A stretch of 64,000 nt of DNA, from positions 992,001 through 1,056,000 of the forward strand of contig CAVTNB010000001.1 in assembly GCA_963736005.1 (NCBI GenBank). Reading direction: 5' to 3'. The notes below the pieces were generated by a model. It ran no database searches and was not told the origin of the DNA. It saw nothing but the letters and a program-made list of their open reading frames with translations. The position numbers and the translations under genes are program-made. Origin of the DNA: an uncultured Pseudomonadota bacterium. Its GTDB lineage: Bacteria > Vulcanimicrobiota > Vulcanimicrobiia > Eremiobacterales > Eremiobacteraceae. Below, piece after piece: positions 27,581-38,015 of this stretch; the first letter of the stretch is position 1, and every line of letters starts with the position of its first letter.

Positions 27581-29248
27581 TTAGTCGCCCGGACATTTTA
27601 GGCCGTTCTTGTATTTTGTGACGCTCTTCTTCATGATCGGTTTCGCGGCTTCGAAGGTCTCGAAGGAAGCAGTTTTCCCCAGCACACCCGGCAGCATGCT
27701 AAGGCCGTGCGCGAGCGTCAGCTTCGCGCCAACGCCGACGTTGGCCGAAACGGTGATCTGGGCTCTTTGGCACGGCTCCATACCAACGAGAGACGATGTC
27801 ATAACGCCGTTCGTAAAGGTGCCGGTCGAGGTGACAAAGTCAAAGTAAAAATAGGGCTTCACCGGGATTGCAACTTCCTCGATAAAGTGTGCCAAATTCT
27901 TTAGCTTATACGCGACCGGTGCAAAGCTTGACGACCCGGGGGCGCCGGTATTTGCTAGGGACTGACCGAAACCATATCGTTCCCTAGCCGCTGCGTTGCT
28001 GGCTGAGAAGCCCGATGCCAACCCCATATTGGAGGGAGACATGGTCGCGAACGCGATCTCAAATCGCGGCAGTTCGAGCGCCGCAACAAGTCCCATGGCG
28101 GTCGCGCCAAATATGCTTGTAGAATGATCGATAGTGTCCGTCCCTTCCACACTGCCTTCGGACTCAGGAGCACCCGCAGTATACTTAAAGCCTTCCTTGC
28201 CGTTGTAGTCGACCGTAAACTTACCACTTGTTATCTCATTCTTTGCGGTGAATGCCGGGTGAACAATGAGCGCAGCTGATACTTCAAAGACAAATGGTAA
28301 GGGGCCGATAATCAGCGGAACTTCGATGCTCGCCCCCGGGATTTTCACCTTGAAAGATTGATTCAGACTCGCCACCCCAGGACTTTTCGTTTGAGCCTGC
28401 CACTCAAAATCCATATGACCCTGCATGCCCGAAACGGCAGCCCCCATATTAGCAATCTGACCGTTGTTGATATCGATCTCGCCGATGTCAGTAACCGTCT
28501 GAACGTATCCCTCGCCCTTCGCCTCCCAAGCACCGCAACAATTAGCCATCTTCGCATCCATTTCGATATTGACGCGATCGCCAGCCGGCGCAAACAGGAG
28601 CTCCCACTCGACCGGGCCTACACTCCCCTCAAACGATAGCTTGCCCAGCTCGCTAAAGAGCGATTCATCGGCGGCCGCTCTCGTGGCAAAGAGGTCTTCA
28701 AGCAATGCATGGTCCGGAGTCGGCAACTCGGGTTCGGCTCCGACGCTGAAATCCATGGGAACCTGCCATGAAATGTGTCCCTGCCGGATCGCGTCTGTGA
28801 TATCACCGTCCGTTGTGGACACGAGGAGATTCGCGCCCCGGGTCTGCACGGCAGTGACCTTGCGAATGGCAATGCCGTACAAAAAAAGGACCGATCCCGC
28901 CTTAAGCTTAGCCGCAATGGGCGATCCGGCGTCGAGCGTGTACGTCACTCCGTCGGGGCTGATATCCTTGAGCGCCTGCTCGGTTTGCCCTTCGTCGAAG
29001 ACGACGGCATTTGGCTGGTACGTAACCTGGTAGACGACCGTTCCATGTTGGTTGGCATAGTTCGCGGCTTGTTCGTACCCGCTCCACGGCCCGCCCAGGC
29101 TTTCATTCGAAGACGTGCCAGGCGATGACGTCGTTGACGACGATACGGCTGGCGAAACCCCGCCGGACGAAGTCCCGTGCGAACAGCCGCCTGCGAATAG
29201 GCCAAGTAGACCGGCGGCAAACAACATCACGCGACCAATTCGAACCAT
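27581..29248 (-). CDS. Hypothetical beta-rich lipoprotein
   Basis: Lipobox AGGC, Ser-rich linker, GGAGG RBS 6 nt before ATG 29248. Confidence 0.8.
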   Translation of the reverse strand: MVRIGRVMLFAAGLLGLFAGGCSHGTSSGGVSPAVSSSTTSSPGTSSNESLGGPWSGYEQAANYANQHGTVVYQVTYQPNAVVFDEGQTEQALKDISPDGVTYTLDAGSPIAAKLKAGSVLFLYGIAIRKVTAVQTRGANLLVSTTDGDITDAIRQGHISWQVPMDFSVGAEPELPTPDHALLEDLFATRAAADESLFSELGKLSFEGSVGPVEWELLFAPAGDRVNIEMDAKMANCCGAWEAKGEGYVQTVTDIGEIDINNGQIANMGAAVSGMQGHMDFEWQAQTKSPGVASLNQSFKVKIPGASIEVPLIIGPLPFVFEVSAALIVHPAFTAKNEITSGKFTVDYNGKEGFKYTAGAPESEGSVEGTDTIDHSTSIFGATAMGLVAALELPRFEIAFATMSPSNMGLASGFSASNAAARERYGFGQSLANTGAPGSSSFAPVAYKLKNLAHFIEEVAIPVKPYFYFDFVTSTGTFTNGVMTSSLVGMEPCQRAQITVSANVGVGAKLTLAHGLSMLPGVLGKTASFETFEAAKPIMKKSVTKYKNGLKCPGD

Positions 29249-29269
29249 AACCAACCTCCCAGCCGTTAC

Positions 29270-29372
29270 GAAGCGGAGTTTGCGCGGTTAGATCGACCCG
29301 CCATTCGGGTCTCTTTGGGTCGTAATCCAGTCGCGCGCGACGTTCCGGCAAAGGCCTGTCGACTCCGCCTTC
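29270..29372 (-). ncRNA. Candidate structured 5' leader RNA (no known family recognised)
   Basis: Hand-folded closing stem GAAGGCGGAGU/ACUCCGCUUC encloses two hairpins and ends about 10 nt before the RBS. Confidence 0.3.
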
Positions 29373-29456
29373 CTCATGGGGGTACATCCTGGCATGGCTC
29401 GAGAAATTGCCTGAGTTAGAGGTCGCCCAGACGTCGCCCGCGGATAAATCCCATTC

Positions 29457-32400
29457 ATGCTCCAGACACAAGCCCCACTCACGTTTCAATTCGACCCGCT
29501 TATTGAGGCATGGTTCAAGAACAAGTTCGGCGAGCCCACTGCGCCTCAAGCGGCAGGCTGGCCGCTCATTCAATCCGGCGGCGATGTTCTGATTTCTGCG
29601 CCGACGGGCTCGGGCAAGACCCTCGCAGCCTTTCTTATAGCGGTCGACCGCCTCGTGCGCGCCGCCCGCATCGACCCAGATAGCGGCGGGCAATCTAGCA
29701 GCGGACCTTTAGGGCCGCTCTCGGACGCGACGCATATAGTCTACGTCTCGCCCCTCAAAGCTTTGGTCAACGACGTTCAAAAGAACTTGGAGCAACCGCT
29801 CGCGGAGATCGAGGCACTGGCGACGCGCGAGGGCGACGTCCTCACACCAATTCGAGTCGCGTTGCGTACCGGTGACACCCCAGCACGCGAGCGCGCTCGG
29901 ATGCTTGCGCAGGCACCGCACATCTTAGTCACGACGCCAGAATCGCTTTTCATCCTCTTGACTGCGGCGCGTTCGCGCGAGCTGTTTCGCAATGTCTCGA
30001 CGGTGATCGTGGATGAGATTCATGCCATGGTGGGCAGCAAGCGCGGCCCGCATCTTGCGTTGTCATTGGCACGACTCGATAAGCTCGTGGCCGAAAATGG
30101 CGGTCATCGCCCCCAGCGCATCGGTCTTTCCGCGACGGTGAAGCCGGCGGAAGAGGTCGGTCGATTTCTCGTTCCAAAGGGCGCGCCGGGCGAGATGCCC
30201 GCGATGGTCAACATCGGACATCGCAGAGAGATGGACCTCTCCGTGTGGGTACCGCAAGATGAACTCGGGCCCGTCGCCTCGACCGAGATGTGGCAAGAGA
30301 TCTACGACCACCTCGCCGAGCTCATTCGGGCGCATCGCACGACGCTTGTCTTTGTAAGCACGCGCCGGATGTCCGAACGCGTCGCGCACAATCTTATCCA
30401 ACGGCTGGGTGAGGGCACGGTGATGCCTCACCACGGCAGCTTGGCACGGCACATTCGCTTGGAGACAGAACGCAGGCTCAAAAGCGGCGAGTTGCGCGCA
30501 GTGGTGGCAACCGCTTCATTAGAACTGGGCATCGACATTGGATCGGTCGACTTAGTTGTGCAGTTGGGATCGCCGCGTTCTATTGCCGCCGCTTTGCAAC
30601 GCATCGGTCGCTCCGGTCATTGGGTTGGTGCCACCCCCAGAGGTGTTTTGGTGGCGACGACGCGCGACGATCTCATCGAATGCGCGGCGGTCGTGCGGGC
30701 GATTCGAACTGGTGGCATGGACCGGCTCGAGCTATGCAAGGCCCCCCTTGACATCTTAGCTCAGCACATCGTGGCCATGTGCGCCGCCGATGACTGGAAT
30801 GAAGACGAACTCTACGCGCTCGTACGCTCGACGTATCCGTATCAGGCCCTCGAGCGAGCCGACTTCGATGCTGTCGTAAACATGCTTGCGGAGGGTGTGG
30901 CGACCACGCGCGGACGAGCCGGGGCACTCGTGCATCGCGACCGGGTCAACCGCCGCATCCGCGGACGGCGCGGCGCTCGCCTTGCTGCCATCACGGGTGG
31001 CGGCGCCATCCCTGACACAACCAACTACGCCGTTGTGGTCGAGCCGGAAGGAACGGTCGTCGGTACGGTGGACGAGGATTTTGCCATCGAGAGCATGTCC
31101 GGCGACATTTTCTTGCTGGGCACAAACTCGTGGCGCGTCCGTCGCGTCGAGCAAGGGCGCGTGCGGGTGGATGACGCGCATGGTTCTCCTCCTTCTATTC
31201 CATTTTGGAATGGCGAGGCACCCGGCCGCACCATCGAGCTCTCAGAGGAAGTGTCTCGTTTGCGACTGCGGATATCTGAATTGGTTCCCGCGAGGAGCGA
31301 TGGGAAAATCGCTCCAAAGGATGAGGCCATCGATTATCTGCAGCGCGAATGCGCCGTCGACCGGATTGGCGCCGAGCAAATGGTCGACTACATTTTAGCC
31401 GGTAAAGCCGTTTTAGGCGTTGTACCGACTCAGGACTGTCTTGTTGCCGAGCGTTTCTTCGACGAATCTGGGGGCATGCAGCTTGTTGTGCATGCGCCAT
31501 TCGGTTCGCGCATCAATCGCGCGTGGGGGCTTGCGCTACGCAAGCGTTTCTGCCGCTCTTTCAACGTGGAGCTGCAGGCAGCCGCCACCGACAACGGGAT
31601 CGTTATCTCGCTTTCAGAGCAGCACGCGTTCCCGCTTGAGATCATTTTCGAGTTCCTCAAAGCCGCCAGCGTCGAAGAGGTGCTGACGCAAGCGATGCTC
31701 CCATCACCGATGTTCACGGCGCGTTGGCGCTGGAACGCGCAACGCTCGCTGGCAATTCTCCGTTTCCGCGGTGGGCAGAAAGTGGCCGCGGCGATCCAGC
31801 GCATGAAAGCGGATGACCTTATTGCCGCGGTGTTCCCGGATCAGGCTGCTTGCCCAGAGAATTTGAGTGGGGAGATTCGGATCCCCAAACATCCGCTCGT
31901 GGATGAAACGATTGCGAATTGCCTGCACGAAGCGATGGACATTGACGGATTGCAGGCGATCTTGCGCCGCATCGAAGATGGCTCCGTTCGCACCGTGGCG
32001 GTGGACACGGCAGAGCCGTCTCTGTTCTCACATGAGATAGTGAATGCGAATCCATTTGCGTTTCTTGACGACGCGCCGCTTGAAGAACGACGCGCTCGGG
32101 CGGTGCAACTGCGTTCGACGCTGCGAGCGGATGTGTCGCACGGCGTTGGCGTACTCGACCCCGAGGCCATCGCTTGGGTCGCCGCAGAGTCGTGGCCCGT
32201 CGTGCGTGACGCCGACGAACTTCATGACGCCCTTGTCACATTGGTAGCGCTTCCACCCATCCCCCAGTGGCAAGCATTCTTTGAGGAGCTCGTCGCCGCG
32301 CGCCGCGCCACCACGGCCGTTGGAGTAGGCGATGGGAAAATCGCCCTGTGGGTGGCAGCCGAAAAGCTTGATGTCGTGCGCCAGATCCACCCAAACGCAG

Positions 32401-33599
32401 AGCTGCGTCCGACGATCGCTGCGGTTCCTCCGCAAGTGCTCGGGTTGGATCCCGGGGCCGCTGTGACTGAGGTAGTGCGAGGCTGGCTCGAATCAAGCGG
32501 TCCGCTCACGTCGCAGAGCCTTGCGGAGCTTTTTGGGGTGACGCACGATTCTATCATGTCGGCTCTGCTACAACTGGAAAACGAAGGTCAAGTCCTGCGA
32601 GGCCATTTTACATCCAAGAACGCAGGCGAGCTCGAATGGTGCAACCGTCGTGTCCTCGCCCGCATCCACCGCCTCACGCTCGGGCGGCTGCGCCGCGAAA
32701 TCGAACCGGTCTCGACCGCACACTATCTGGAATTCTTGGAGCGTTGGCAACATAGTGCTCAAGGCACGCAACTGCACGGGGTCGCAGGCACACTTGAGAT
32801 CATCAAGCAACTGCAGGGTTATGAATTTCCAGCGGAAGCTTGGGAGCGAGAAGTCTTGCCCAAGCGAATCGTGCGCTATCGTGCGGAATTTTTAGACAAA
32901 CTCTGCGCGTCGGGCGAGGTCATGTGGGGTCGGTTATCTCCGCATCCTGCGTTTGAAGAAAGCGACGTCGTGCGAACTCGACGCGTCCGTCCGACGCGAA
33001 TCGCGCCTGTTTCGCTTTTTGTGCGCGAGAGCGCCGAATGGCTCGTCAGAAAACGACACGAGCCGACAGAGACTCTCAGTGGCGCCGCCCGCGACGTGTT
33101 TCGTGCGCTTGGAACCAACGGCGCGTCGTTTTTCCTCGAACTCGTTCAGTCGACTCAACGGCTGCCAAGCGAAGTTGAAGATGGCTTATGGGAATTGGTC
33201 GCCGCCGGACTCGTGACAGCCGATGGCTTCGATAACTTGCGCGCACTCATCGATCCCAAACGTCGTTTGGCCCTTGGGCGCAAAAACAGGTCGCGCCCGC
33301 GTCATGCCTCTGGGCGCTGGGCTCTGCTGGCGTCGAAATCACACGCTCCCAATCTTGAGGCGTTCGCGCGTCAGCTCTTATCGCGCCTTGGTGTGGTCTT
33401 TCGCGATGTTGCGAAGCGAGAAAGTGCTGCACCGCCATGGCGCGATCTCCTGATCGTCTTCCGTCGCATGGAGGCTCAGGGTGAGCTGCGCGGAGGGCGC
33501 TTTATTGCAAGCGTGGTCGGCGAGCAGTTTGCTCTTGCAGATGCAATAGACTTGCTTCGCAAGGTGAGAAGGTTGGGGGAAGCGCCTTTGGCGTCGTAA
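29457..33599 (+). CDS. lhr: Lhr-like SF2 DEAD/DEAH-box helicase
   Basis: PTGSGKT, SPLKAL, DEIH, GLSAT, HHGSL, SLELGIDIG, QRIGRSGH, C-terminal GRFI...GEQFA. Confidence 0.9.
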   Translation: MLQTQAPLTFQFDPLIEAWFKNKFGEPTAPQAAGWPLIQSGGDVLISAPTGSGKTLAAFLIAVDRLVRAARIDPDSGGQSSSGPLGPLSDATHIVYVSPLKALVNDVQKNLEQPLAEIEALATREGDVLTPIRVALRTGDTPARERARMLAQAPHILVTTPESLFILLTAARSRELFRNVSTVIVDEIHAMVGSKRGPHLALSLARLDKLVAENGGHRPQRIGLSATVKPAEEVGRFLVPKGAPGEMPAMVNIGHRREMDLSVWVPQDELGPVASTEMWQEIYDHLAELIRAHRTTLVFVSTRRMSERVAHNLIQRLGEGTVMPHHGSLARHIRLETERRLKSGELRAVVATASLELGIDIGSVDLVVQLGSPRSIAAALQRIGRSGHWVGATPRGVLVATTRDDLIECAAVVRAIRTGGMDRLELCKAPLDILAQHIVAMCAADDWNEDELYALVRSTYPYQALERADFDAVVNMLAEGVATTRGRAGALVHRDRVNRRIRGRRGARLAAITGGGAIPDTTNYAVVVEPEGTVVGTVDEDFAIESMSGDIFLLGTNSWRVRRVEQGRVRVDDAHGSPPSIPFWNGEAPGRTIELSEEVSRLRLRISELVPARSDGKIAPKDEAIDYLQRECAVDRIGAEQMVDYILAGKAVLGVVPTQDCLVAERFFDESGGMQLVVHAPFGSRINRAWGLALRKRFCRSFNVELQAAATDNGIVISLSEQHAFPLEIIFEFLKAASVEEVLTQAMLPSPMFTARWRWNAQRSLAILRFRGGQKVAAAIQRMKADDLIAAVFPDQAACPENLSGEIRIPKHPLVDETIANCLHEAMDIDGLQAILRRIEDGSVRTVAVDTAEPSLFSHEIVNANPFAFLDDAPLEERRARAVQLRSTLRADVSHGVGVLDPEAIAWVAAESWPVVRDADELHDALVTLVALPPIPQWQAFFEELVAARRATTAVGVGDGKIALWVAAEKLDVVRQIHPNAELRPTIAAVPPQVLGLDPGAAVTEVVRGWLESSGPLTSQSLAELFGVTHDSIMSALLQLENEGQVLRGHFTSKNAGELEWCNRRVLARIHRLTLGRLRREIEPVSTAHYLEFLERWQHSAQGTQLHGVAGTLEIIKQLQGYEFPAEAWEREVLPKRIVRYRAEFLDKLCASGEVMWGRLSPHPAFEESDVVRTRRVRPTRIAPVSLFVRESAEWLVRKRHEPTETLSGAARDVFRALGTNGASFFLELVQSTQRLPSEVEDGLWELVAAGLVTADGFDNLRALIDPKRRLALGRKNRSRPRHASGRWALLASKSHAPNLEAFARQLLSRLGVVFRDVAKRESAAPPWRDLLIVFRRMEAQGELRGGRFIASVVGEQFALADAIDLLRKVRRLGEAPLAS

Positions 33600-33643
33600 C
33601 TCACGGGAAACGACCTTCCCTTGTTTGAAAGCGCCAACTTGGT

Positions 33644-34060
33644 ATGACCGCCATCTATGCTTTGGCACTGTTGCTCGGGTTTGTGGCTGGTTTGCGATCT
33701 TTCACGGCCCCAGCTGCGGTGTTCTTGCAGCGCGGTGGCGTTGCGGGCTACCTTTTCGGCGTTGGCGCGATTCTCGAAATGATCATGGACGCCATGCCGC
33801 GGACTGCAGCCCGTACGAGCGTCCAGGGGCTCACCGCTCGGATCGTGAGCGGAATTGTTGTCGGTTGGTTTTTTTGCAGCTTTCACGGCGCGAATGCATT
33901 ACTCGGTGCGCTGCTCTCTGTCGTCGGCGCGCTCGCAGGGACGTTCTTGGGATTGCGCGCTCGTCTGGCTGCGATTGCCAGGCTCGGCGCGCGGTCTGCG
34001 GCGCTCCTCGAGGATTTTATGGCAATTGGGCTAGCTATCTTTGCGGTAGCCCGCGGGTAA
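33644..34060 (+). CDS. DUF4126-like small membrane protein
   Basis: GFVAGLRSFTAPA, E..D..P..AR, ALLED. Confidence 0.75.
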   Translation: MTAIYALALLLGFVAGLRSFTAPAAVFLQRGGVAGYLFGVGAILEMIMDAMPRTAARTSVQGLTARIVSGIVVGWFFCSFHGANALLGALLSVVGALAGTFLGLRARLAAIARLGARSAALLEDFMAIGLAIFAVARG

Positions 34061-34084
34061 CTTCGGTACATAGGAGGCAAGACG

Positions 34085-34981
34085 GTGCGTATTGGCGTCG
34101 ACCTTGGGGGCACGAAGATTGAAGTCATTGCCCTGGCCGACGACGGCGCAACGTTGATGCGGGAACGTGTGCCGACACCCACCGGCCAGTATGGTGAAGT
34201 ACTCGACACCATAAAATCGCTCGTTGATCTCGTCGAGCACAAAAAGGGCAAGGGCACGGTGGGCATCGGCCTGCCCGGCGCCCTCTCCGCCAAGACTGGG
34301 CGCATCAAGAACTCGAATAGCGCCTATCTCATTGGTACGGATTTTGTTGCCGACATCCGGAAAAAACTCGGGCGGGAAGTCAGAATTGGAAACGACGCAA
34401 ATTGTTTCGCGCTGTCCGAGGCGACAGACGGCGCCGGTGCTCGTGCCCACGTCGTTTTCGGAGTGATCCTCGGTACCGGGGTGGGGGCTGGCATTGTCAT
34501 CGATGGGAACATCATCGAAGGTGCCAACGCCGTCGCCGGCGAGTGGGGGCATAACCCGCTTCCCTGGTCCAGCGACGAAGAATCCGGTCGCGTGCGATGT
34601 TATTGCGGCAAGACCGGCTGCATCGAAGCATTTCTCTCGGGAGCTGGCTTGCAGCGAGCCTACAAGAATCGCTCCGGACGATACGTTGACACCTATGAGA
34701 TAGCCCGGGCTGCGGCTTCGCGAGATGAGCACGCCATGTTGTGTCTCGCCGAATACGAGGATCGCCTCGCTCGATCGCTTGCTACCGTGGTCAACCTCCT
34801 CGACCCGGATGCGATCGTCCTTGGCGGCGGCCTTTCGAAAATCGAGCGGAACTACCGCGCTCTGCACGAGGCCGTCGCGCGATATGCTCTCACTGATAGG
34901 CTTGACACAAGCATTGTGCCAGCGGTTCACGGCGATTCGAGCGGTGTTCGCGGTGCCGCAATGTTGTGGGCGCGAAAGTAA
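34085..34981 (+). CDS. ROK-family sugar kinase (fructokinase Mak-like)
   Basis: GVDLGGTKIE, NDANCFALSE, GEWGH, CYCG..GC.E, GDSSGVRGAA. Confidence 0.93.
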   Translation: MRIGVDLGGTKIEVIALADDGATLMRERVPTPTGQYGEVLDTIKSLVDLVEHKKGKGTVGIGLPGALSAKTGRIKNSNSAYLIGTDFVADIRKKLGREVRIGNDANCFALSEATDGAGARAHVVFGVILGTGVGAGIVIDGNIIEGANAVAGEWGHNPLPWSSDEESGRVRCYCGKTGCIEAFLSGAGLQRAYKNRSGRYVDTYEIARAAASRDEHAMLCLAEYEDRLARSLATVVNLLDPDAIVLGGGLSKIERNYRALHEAVARYALTDRLDTSIVPAVHGDSSGVRGAAMLWARK

Positions 34982-35121
34982 CGTTAGAGACGTGGACCAC
35001 CTCCCGCTCGCGATCGGTTTGCTGTACGTCATAGGACTTCGTTTACCCGCGTATCCACTTTGGATTGCCTGGGCGATCAATCTGCTCCCCTGCGCATTCC
35101 TTATCTCTATGGTGTGTTGTT

Positions 35122-36333
35122 TCAGGATCCAGTTCTAACCGCTCGCGCAAGTTGGAGCGACATCGGGAACAGCTGCGGGATAATATAGTACGGATCGAGT
35201 GCTGCGAATGAATTCGTCAAAATGATGATATCGATGCCGTCGTTGGGGAAAGTTGCATTCATCGTCGCGAAACCCCCAATGAGACCGTCGTGCCAAATAT
35301 ACAGATGGCCATCGAGCTGACTTATGAACCAGCCGTCTGCATACGCACCGTAGGGCAAGACGATCGGACTGGGCGTGAACATTTGCGCCAGCGAGGCCTG
35401 CGTGAAGATGCCAGGTTGGCGCACTGCCTCATCCCATTTTTCGATGTCGCTGACGGTCGAGGTCAGACCCCCAGGGCCGGCCAGCCACTGGAGGTTCCAC
35501 TGCCAAGAACGGTACACGGCGCCGTTATCGACTTCATACCCCAAGGCCAGATCGGTGACCGGCGCTGAAGGATCACCCTGCTGCGTGTGGGTCATGCCAA
35601 GCGGCCCGAAGATGCGCTGTTGCAAGAAGGCGCCCAACGGTTCGCCGCTTACCTGCGCAACGATTTGCCCAAGCAAGAGGTAGTTGGAGTTGCTATACAT
35701 GTACTCGCTGCCCGGCGAAAAGGCTAAGGGAAATGTCCCCAGCAGATTGACAATCGGCTGGTAGTTTGTTTGGCCGCTGGCCATGAACGCGGTATAGGCG
35801 CTGCTAAAGTCCGGATAGACGCCGAAGTTGTTATAGTCGACAAGGCCGCTGCGGTGCTGCAGTAAGTAGAGCAGCGTGATCTCATTTCCATTTGGGAAAC
35901 CTGGAAAGTACTTTGACAAGGGATCGTTGACCGAAAGCTTACCATCTTGTTGCAACAAGAGGATTGCCCCCGCGGTGAATTCCTTGCTGACCGACGCGAG
36001 GTCAAAGTCCGTGCTCTCGTCGGGCACAAACTTGCCGCGGGGTAAATTCAAGATCTTATCGGGTTGTAGGATGGTCCAGAAGTTTGGGCCGAAGAAAGAT
36101 TCTGGTTTGCCGCGATCGCGCAGGCCGTATCCCTTACCGTACACGAGGGTCCCGTTCTTGTAGATCGCAAGCTCGACTCCAATTGCACCGGGGTAATTTT
36201 GAGCAACGATGCCATCGATCGTCGAGGGCGCAGGGGCTGGACTTTGATGCGACACTCCGGGAAGCACAGCGCCTCCGCTGCCCTGGCACGCCCACAGTGC
36301 GAGGCACAGTGCACCCAGCGCCGCTGCTTTCAA
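35122..36333 (-). CDS. Serine hydrolase lipoprotein (class C beta-lactamase/PBP-like fold)
   Basis: Lipobox LWAC, SxxK (SVSK), YSN, HDG. TTGA overlap with the MFS gene. Confidence 0.9.
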   Translation of the reverse strand: MKAAALGALCLALWACQGSGGAVLPGVSHQSPAPAPSTIDGIVAQNYPGAIGVELAIYKNGTLVYGKGYGLRDRGKPESFFGPNFWTILQPDKILNLPRGKFVPDESTDFDLASVSKEFTAGAILLLQQDGKLSVNDPLSKYFPGFPNGNEITLLYLLQHRSGLVDYNNFGVYPDFSSAYTAFMASGQTNYQPIVNLLGTFPLAFSPGSEYMYSNSNYLLLGQIVAQVSGEPLGAFLQQRIFGPLGMTHTQQGDPSAPVTDLALGYEVDNGAVYRSWQWNLQWLAGPGGLTSTVSDIEKWDEAVRQPGIFTQASLAQMFTPSPIVLPYGAYADGWFISQLDGHLYIWHDGLIGGFATMNATFPNDGIDIIILTNSFAALDPYYIIPQLFPMSLQLARAVRTGS

Positions 36334-37931
36334 GGTGTAACCTTTCCGACGTAGCTTCGAGCGCGGTGACCATTAGGTAAACCAAAGGCGGCGCAGCCCG
36401 CGCCGATGAGCGCCAGCAACGCTGCGAGTACCATTGCCAATCGAAAGCCACTGACGTATGACGCTGCTATTGCGTGGTCGATCTGCTGCTGGACTTCCTT
36501 TGACGCAGTTTGCGGCGCCTGTGCAGCCGCGAGCTTCGGTCGCTGGGCATCGACTGCGGCGGCAATCTGCGGCGACGGCGCTATGCTCGCTAATTGTTGG
36601 CTTAGGCGTTCATTAAACGTGCCTGCCACCACAAGACTCAGCGTAGCCACAGCTAGGAGCGATGCGGTTCTCGAGACCGCATTGTTAATACCCGAGGCAA
36701 CGCCGAAGTGGTCTTTATCGACTGAATCCATGACGGCCGTCGTCAAGGGCGCGACCACGAGTGCCATGCCCAATCCAAGCACGACCGTTGGCGCAAAAAA
36801 AGTCGTCCAATACGTACCACCAATTGAAGGCAAGGCGAATCCGGCGAGCGCGAGCGCGGTCATGGTCGATCCCACGACTAAAGGGATCTTGGCACCGATC
36901 GACGTGCAAAGACTTCCCGCCCAGGGCGAGAGCAGCGTGAGGAGCACGACGAACGGTAGAAATGCTGCGCCGGCGGCCGTTGGGCTATAGTGTTGGATGA
37001 GTATCAAATCGAACGGAAGCAGGAACAGCGCACCACCGAGCGCGGCATACAGCATGAGCGTCTGCAGATTGATAACGCTAAAGGTGCGCGAGCTGAACAA
37101 CGAGGGTGGCATCATCGGCGCGGGTACCTTTGCTTCTACGATCGCGAACCCGACGAGCAAAATCACTCCCCCCAGCAGCCACGCCGTAATCGTCGGGCTC
37201 CATCCGACCCCGCCAGCCGAGATGAGCGCATAGACGACGGCGCCGAGACCAAGGGTTGCAAGCAAGGCACCGGGCCAGTCAACGCCGCGAACTTGGTGAT
37301 CGTCTCGGCTTTCTGGCACCCAGCGGACGGTTGCCACGATGGCGCCGATAGCCAAGGGAACGTTAATGAGAAAAATCCAGCGCCACGAGGCGTGCTGTAC
37401 GATCACTCCGCCGACCAGCGGACCAATGACTGCCGTCAGCGCGCTAAAGCTAGACCAGGTTCCGATTGCCTTCCCGCGCTGGCGTTCGTCGAACGACGCC
37501 CCAAGGATCGAGAGACTGCCTGGGGTGAGCAGCGCGCTTGCCATACCTTGAACAGCGCGCGCGACGATGAGCTGCGTGGCAGTCTGCACCGAAGCGCACA
37601 GCGCCGAGGCAGCAGCAAAGCCGATTACGCCCCAGAGAAAAACGCGCTTGCGCCCGAGGCGATCACCAAGCGAGCCTCCGACCAACATCAAAGATGCTAA
37701 GAAAAGTGCGTAGGCTTCTATGATCCACTGCGCGTCAACATTCGTCGCGTGAAGCTCGGTCTGTAATACCGGGAGCGCCAGATTGACGGCGCTGCCATCG
37801 ATGAAAACCATACTGGAAGCCAGGATAGTCGCGCTGAGTATCCAGGGATAGGCATTGGGCGAGCACGTGGCCCCCGCGGGAAAGCTCTTGATAAGAGCAA
37901 CATCGTGCGGTTGTTTGAGGCCGACAGGCAT
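36330..37931 (-). CDS. DHA2-type (14-TM) MFS efflux transporter
   Basis: GSLGDRLGRKR, WRWIFLINVP, ASGINNAVSR. Start placed at ATG 37931. Confidence 0.93.
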   Translation of the reverse strand: MPVGLKQPHDVALIKSFPAGATCSPNAYPWILSATILASSMVFIDGSAVNLALPVLQTELHATNVDAQWIIEAYALFLASLMLVGGSLGDRLGRKRVFLWGVIGFAAASALCASVQTATQLIVARAVQGMASALLTPGSLSILGASFDERQRGKAIGTWSSFSALTAVIGPLVGGVIVQHASWRWIFLINVPLAIGAIVATVRWVPESRDDHQVRGVDWPGALLATLGLGAVVYALISAGGVGWSPTITAWLLGGVILLVGFAIVEAKVPAPMMPPSLFSSRTFSVINLQTLMLYAALGGALFLLPFDLILIQHYSPTAAGAAFLPFVVLLTLLSPWAGSLCTSIGAKIPLVVGSTMTALALAGFALPSIGGTYWTTFFAPTVVLGLGMALVVAPLTTAVMDSVDKDHFGVASGINNAVSRTASLLAVATLSLVVAGTFNERLSQQLASIAPSPQIAAAVDAQRPKLAAAQAPQTASKEVQQQIDHAIAASYVSGFRLAMVLAALLALIGAGCAAFGLPNGHRARSYVGKVTP

Positions 37932-38015
37932 GCGCGGTCGTTCCAGGAGCGGACCTGAAGGTCCGCTGCTTCCGACCAGGATGAATTCAGGCTTGTGAGA
38001 GCGCATTGCTCTGCT

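Noticed and set aside
35122..36333. True beta-lactamase resistance gene
   Set aside because: SxxK, YxN and HxG motifs are shared by the broad serine hydrolase family, so substrate cannot be inferred.
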